Source of the DNA: a virus
Taxonomy: Duplodnaviria > Heunggongvirae > Uroviricota > Caudoviricetes
DNA: 7,812 nucleotides
IMG/VR virus record: IMGVR_UViG_2711768009_000002
Strand: one strand, 5' to 3'
Shown here: piece after piece, positions 5,985 through 7,812 of the stretch
Numbering within the stretch: the stretch's first letter is position 1
Layout: each line of letters starts with the position of its first letter
Program-made: the position numbers and the translations under genes
The notes under the pieces: model-generated
What the model saw: only the letters and a program-made list of their open reading frames with translations
Told to the model about the DNA's origin: nothing
The model's database searches: none

Positions 5985-7205
5985 ATGAAATACTTTTTTG
6001 AGACCAGGCTCGGGGAAACCCGATACCGCCTGGCTGACGGCTCGTTGCTGTGCAAAGACGTGCCGATAGGACGAACAGGTAAGCAGCTCTATGGTGCTGA
6101 TGACCTGCCAAAACTGAAACCCGATAAGTTCGGTGAAATAGTCGTCACGCGTTCTCCTGAGCAGGTATTCCATCCGGCCACGCTTGCCTCATTCGAAGGG
6201 ATGAGCATCACGATCCTGCATCCTGAAGATGAAAACGGGAATGTGCGGCTGGTAAATCCCGAGAACTGGAAAGAGCTTGCTGTCGGGCACCTCCAGAATG
6301 TCCGGCGCGGGACGGGTGAGCAGTCTGATTTGATGCTGGCTGACCTTATCGTCAAAGACGAAAGCGCCATTCAGCTTATCGAAGATGGCCTGCGCGAAGT
6401 GTCGTGCGGCTATGACGCGGAGTACGAGCAGACCGAGCCAGGTAAAGCCGAGCAGGTCGATATTACCGGAAACCATGTGGCTCTTGTCCCTAAAGGCAGA
6501 GCCGGAAATCGTTGTGCAATTGGAGACAGAGACACAATGGCAAATCAAAAGAAAAACTGGTGGAACCGCATGCGTGCGGCCATCAAGACAGGAGATGCCG
6601 ACACCATGAACGAACTGGTGGAGTCGGCTCCCGCATCGGTTACAGGAGATGAGGGGGATTTGCCGCAGGGCGTTAATCTCAACATCAACCTGTCCCCGCA
6701 GCAACCACTACCGGACAAAGCACCAGAGATGGGCGGAGATCCAACCGGCGACAGTGATGATGACCTCAAAACATTACTGAAAGCCCTGCTGGCTAAGCTG
6801 GAAAGAAATGCCACGGGCGATAACGATAATAAGCCTGACGATAATCCGACCGGTGACGGCGAGGACGATGAAGAGGAAACCACGATTACTGGTGACTCAG
6901 CCTGGCGTGCCGAAGTTATCGTTCCGGGTATCGATCTGAGCCGTAAGATGAAACCGACCGCGTTCAAACGCGAGGTTCTGGCTTCTGCTGACAAAACGCT
7001 GGTTCGCCAGATAGTCGGTGATGCGGATATCCGCAAATTACCGAAACAATCGGTCGACATGGCGTTTAATGCCGTGTCTGAGGTTGCCAAAGGGCGAAAC
7101 ACCCGCGCCACCACCGGCGATGCACAGCGCCTAAACATGGGCATGACCAGTATCGCTTCCCTGAACAAACAAAACGCTGAATTCTGGGCAAACCGTAAAG
7201 GGTAA
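5985..7205 (+). CDS. Head scaffolding-like protein (406 aa; N-terminal globular domain plus acidic low-complexity linker and C-terminal helical region), possibly DUF2213-type
   Basis: ATG 5985 lies 3 nt after the MuF stop; stop TAA 7203-7205. The assignment rests on position between the MuF-like and small head protein genes and on the acidic D/E/G/T-rich central region (GDPTGDSDDD...DNPTGDGEDDEEE) typical of scaffold-like proteins. No catalytic motif was recognised with confidence. Confidence 0.5.
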   Translation: MKYFFETRLGETRYRLADGSLLCKDVPIGRTGKQLYGADDLPKLKPDKFGEIVVTRSPEQVFHPATLASFEGMSITILHPEDENGNVRLVNPENWKELAVGHLQNVRRGTGEQSDLMLADLIVKDESAIQLIEDGLREVSCGYDAEYEQTEPGKAEQVDITGNHVALVPKGRAGNRCAIGDRDTMANQKKNWWNRMRAAIKTGDADTMNELVESAPASVTGDEGDLPQGVNLNINLSPQQPLPDKAPEMGGDPTGDSDDDLKTLLKALLAKLERNATGDNDNKPDDNPTGDGEDDEEETTITGDSAWRAEVIVPGIDLSRKMKPTAFKREVLASADKTLVRQIVGDADIRKLPKQSVDMAFNAVSEVAKGRNTRATTGDAQRLNMGMTSIASLNKQNAEFWANRKG

Positions 7206-7208
7206 AAA

Positions 7209-7715
7209 ATGAATAATGTATTTCTGTACCGGATGCCTGTTGGCATTGCCGGGGCTGTCTCTCGCCCGCAGGACTTAACCGTCGAACCGGTGGTCCTTAA
7301 ATCCGATAACGCCTTCGCTGCCTATGGCCTGGCTGGTAAATACGATGATGACGGTTTTTTCGTGCCGCTGGCAGATGGTGATACCGCAGACAAGGTGAAG
7401 GGGATCTACGTGCGCCCTTATCCGACCACGTCGCAGCCGGACATGGTTCGCCAGGTGGGAACAGGCAAGAACTTCCCGGGCGACGCCATGAAGCGTGGCT
7501 ACGTGACCGTTAATCTCGGTTCTGATTTTGATGCCAGCACTATCAAAAAAGGCGATCCGGTATACGTTGTCGTCTCCACTGATGAATCCATCAAAGTGCC
7601 GCTGGGTGGATTCATGTCCACGTCAGTCAGTGGCAAAAACGTGGTGCTGACCAACGCTGAATTCACAGGTGCCGGTGATGCTGACGGCAATGCAGAAATT
7701 TCCTGGAAGATTTAA
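7209..7715 (+). CDS. Small head protein, probable decoration/cement-type protein preceding the major capsid gene
   Basis: ATG 7209 lies 3 nt after the scaffold stop; stop TAA 7713-7715. The 168-aa Gly/Val/Asp-rich, beta-rich-looking sequence sits in the slot that head decoration proteins occupy in SPP1-like head modules. Assignment is by position and composition only. Confidence 0.4.
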   Translation: MNNVFLYRMPVGIAGAVSRPQDLTVEPVVLKSDNAFAAYGLAGKYDDDGFFVPLADGDTADKVKGIYVRPYPTTSQPDMVRQVGTGKNFPGDAMKRGYVTVNLGSDFDASTIKKGDPVYVVVSTDESIKVPLGGFMSTSVSGKNVVLTNAEFTGAGDADGNAEISWKI

Positions 7716-7730
7716 GGAACAGACGAATGA

Positions 7731-7812
7731 GGTGATGCTGCCAACTTACTGATTTAGTGTATGATGGTGTTTTTGAGGTGCTCCAGTGGCTTCTGTTTCT
7801 ATCAGCTGTCCC
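7731..7812 (+). mobile_element. IS1 insertion sequence, left end (terminal inverted repeat plus start of insA); continues beyond the window
   Basis: GGTGATGCTGCCAACTTACTGATTTAGTGTATGATGGTGTTTTTGAGGTGCTCCAGTGGCTTCTGTTTCTATCAGCTGTCCC matches the canonical IS1 left terminus as I recall it, including the GTG-initiated insA reading frame (M)ASVSISCP. Confidence 0.85.
7786..7812 (+). CDS. insA: IS1 InsA, first 9 codons (partial; continues beyond window)
   Basis: GTG 7786 followed by GCT TCT GTT TCT ATC AGC TGT CCC, giving (M)ASVSISCP, the known InsA N-terminus, inside the IS1 left end. Confidence 0.75.

Noticed and set aside
5773-7246. Minus-strand ORFs 5773..6111, 5868..6173, 6089..6370, 6189..6704, 6545..7246 and + ORF 6385..6609
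   Set aside because: Shadow ORFs of the MuF-like and scaffold-like genes. 6545..7246 is Ser-rich antisense of the acidic repeat region.
7499-7690. 63-aa minus-strand ORF inside the small head protein gene
   Set aside because: Antisense shadow ORF.
1-7812. CRISPR arrays, tRNA/tmRNA genes, attachment sites, integrase
   Set aside because: No spaced direct repeats, no cloverleaf-like conserved tRNA sequence, and no integrase-like ORF were seen. The window appears to lie wholly inside the prophage late region.

Overview
Late-gene segment of a tailed-phage prophage in an enterobacterial (E. coli/Shigella-like) genome, called by reading the translations by eye; no database search was run. Left to right on the + strand: (i) a lysis cassette with a SAR endolysin resembling phage 21 R (109 to gap) and the 3' ends of the Rz/Rz1 spanin pair (785-967), with a 304-nt N-run (481-784) hiding the junction; (ii) an AT-rich, oppositely oriented moron encoding a small DedA/VTT-family (YqaA-like) membrane protein (1056-1565, - strand); (iii) the packaging and head module: terminase small subunit (1763-2527), PBSX-type terminase large subunit (about 2478-3881), portal (3881-5347), SPP1 gp7/Mu F-type head morphogenesis protein (5199-5981), a 406-aa scaffold-like protein (5985-7205) and a 168-aa small head protein (7209-7715); (iv) the left end of IS1 (7731 to window end), inserted 1 nt after an RBS-preceded ATG that looks like the start of the next head gene. 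The two main findings are that the portal reading frame carries two in-frame TAG codons yet stays in phase for 488 codons, and that IS1 cuts the structural operon. Together they point to a defective, decaying prophage, or less likely an amber-dependent one. No rRNA, tRNA or CRISPR array was seen.
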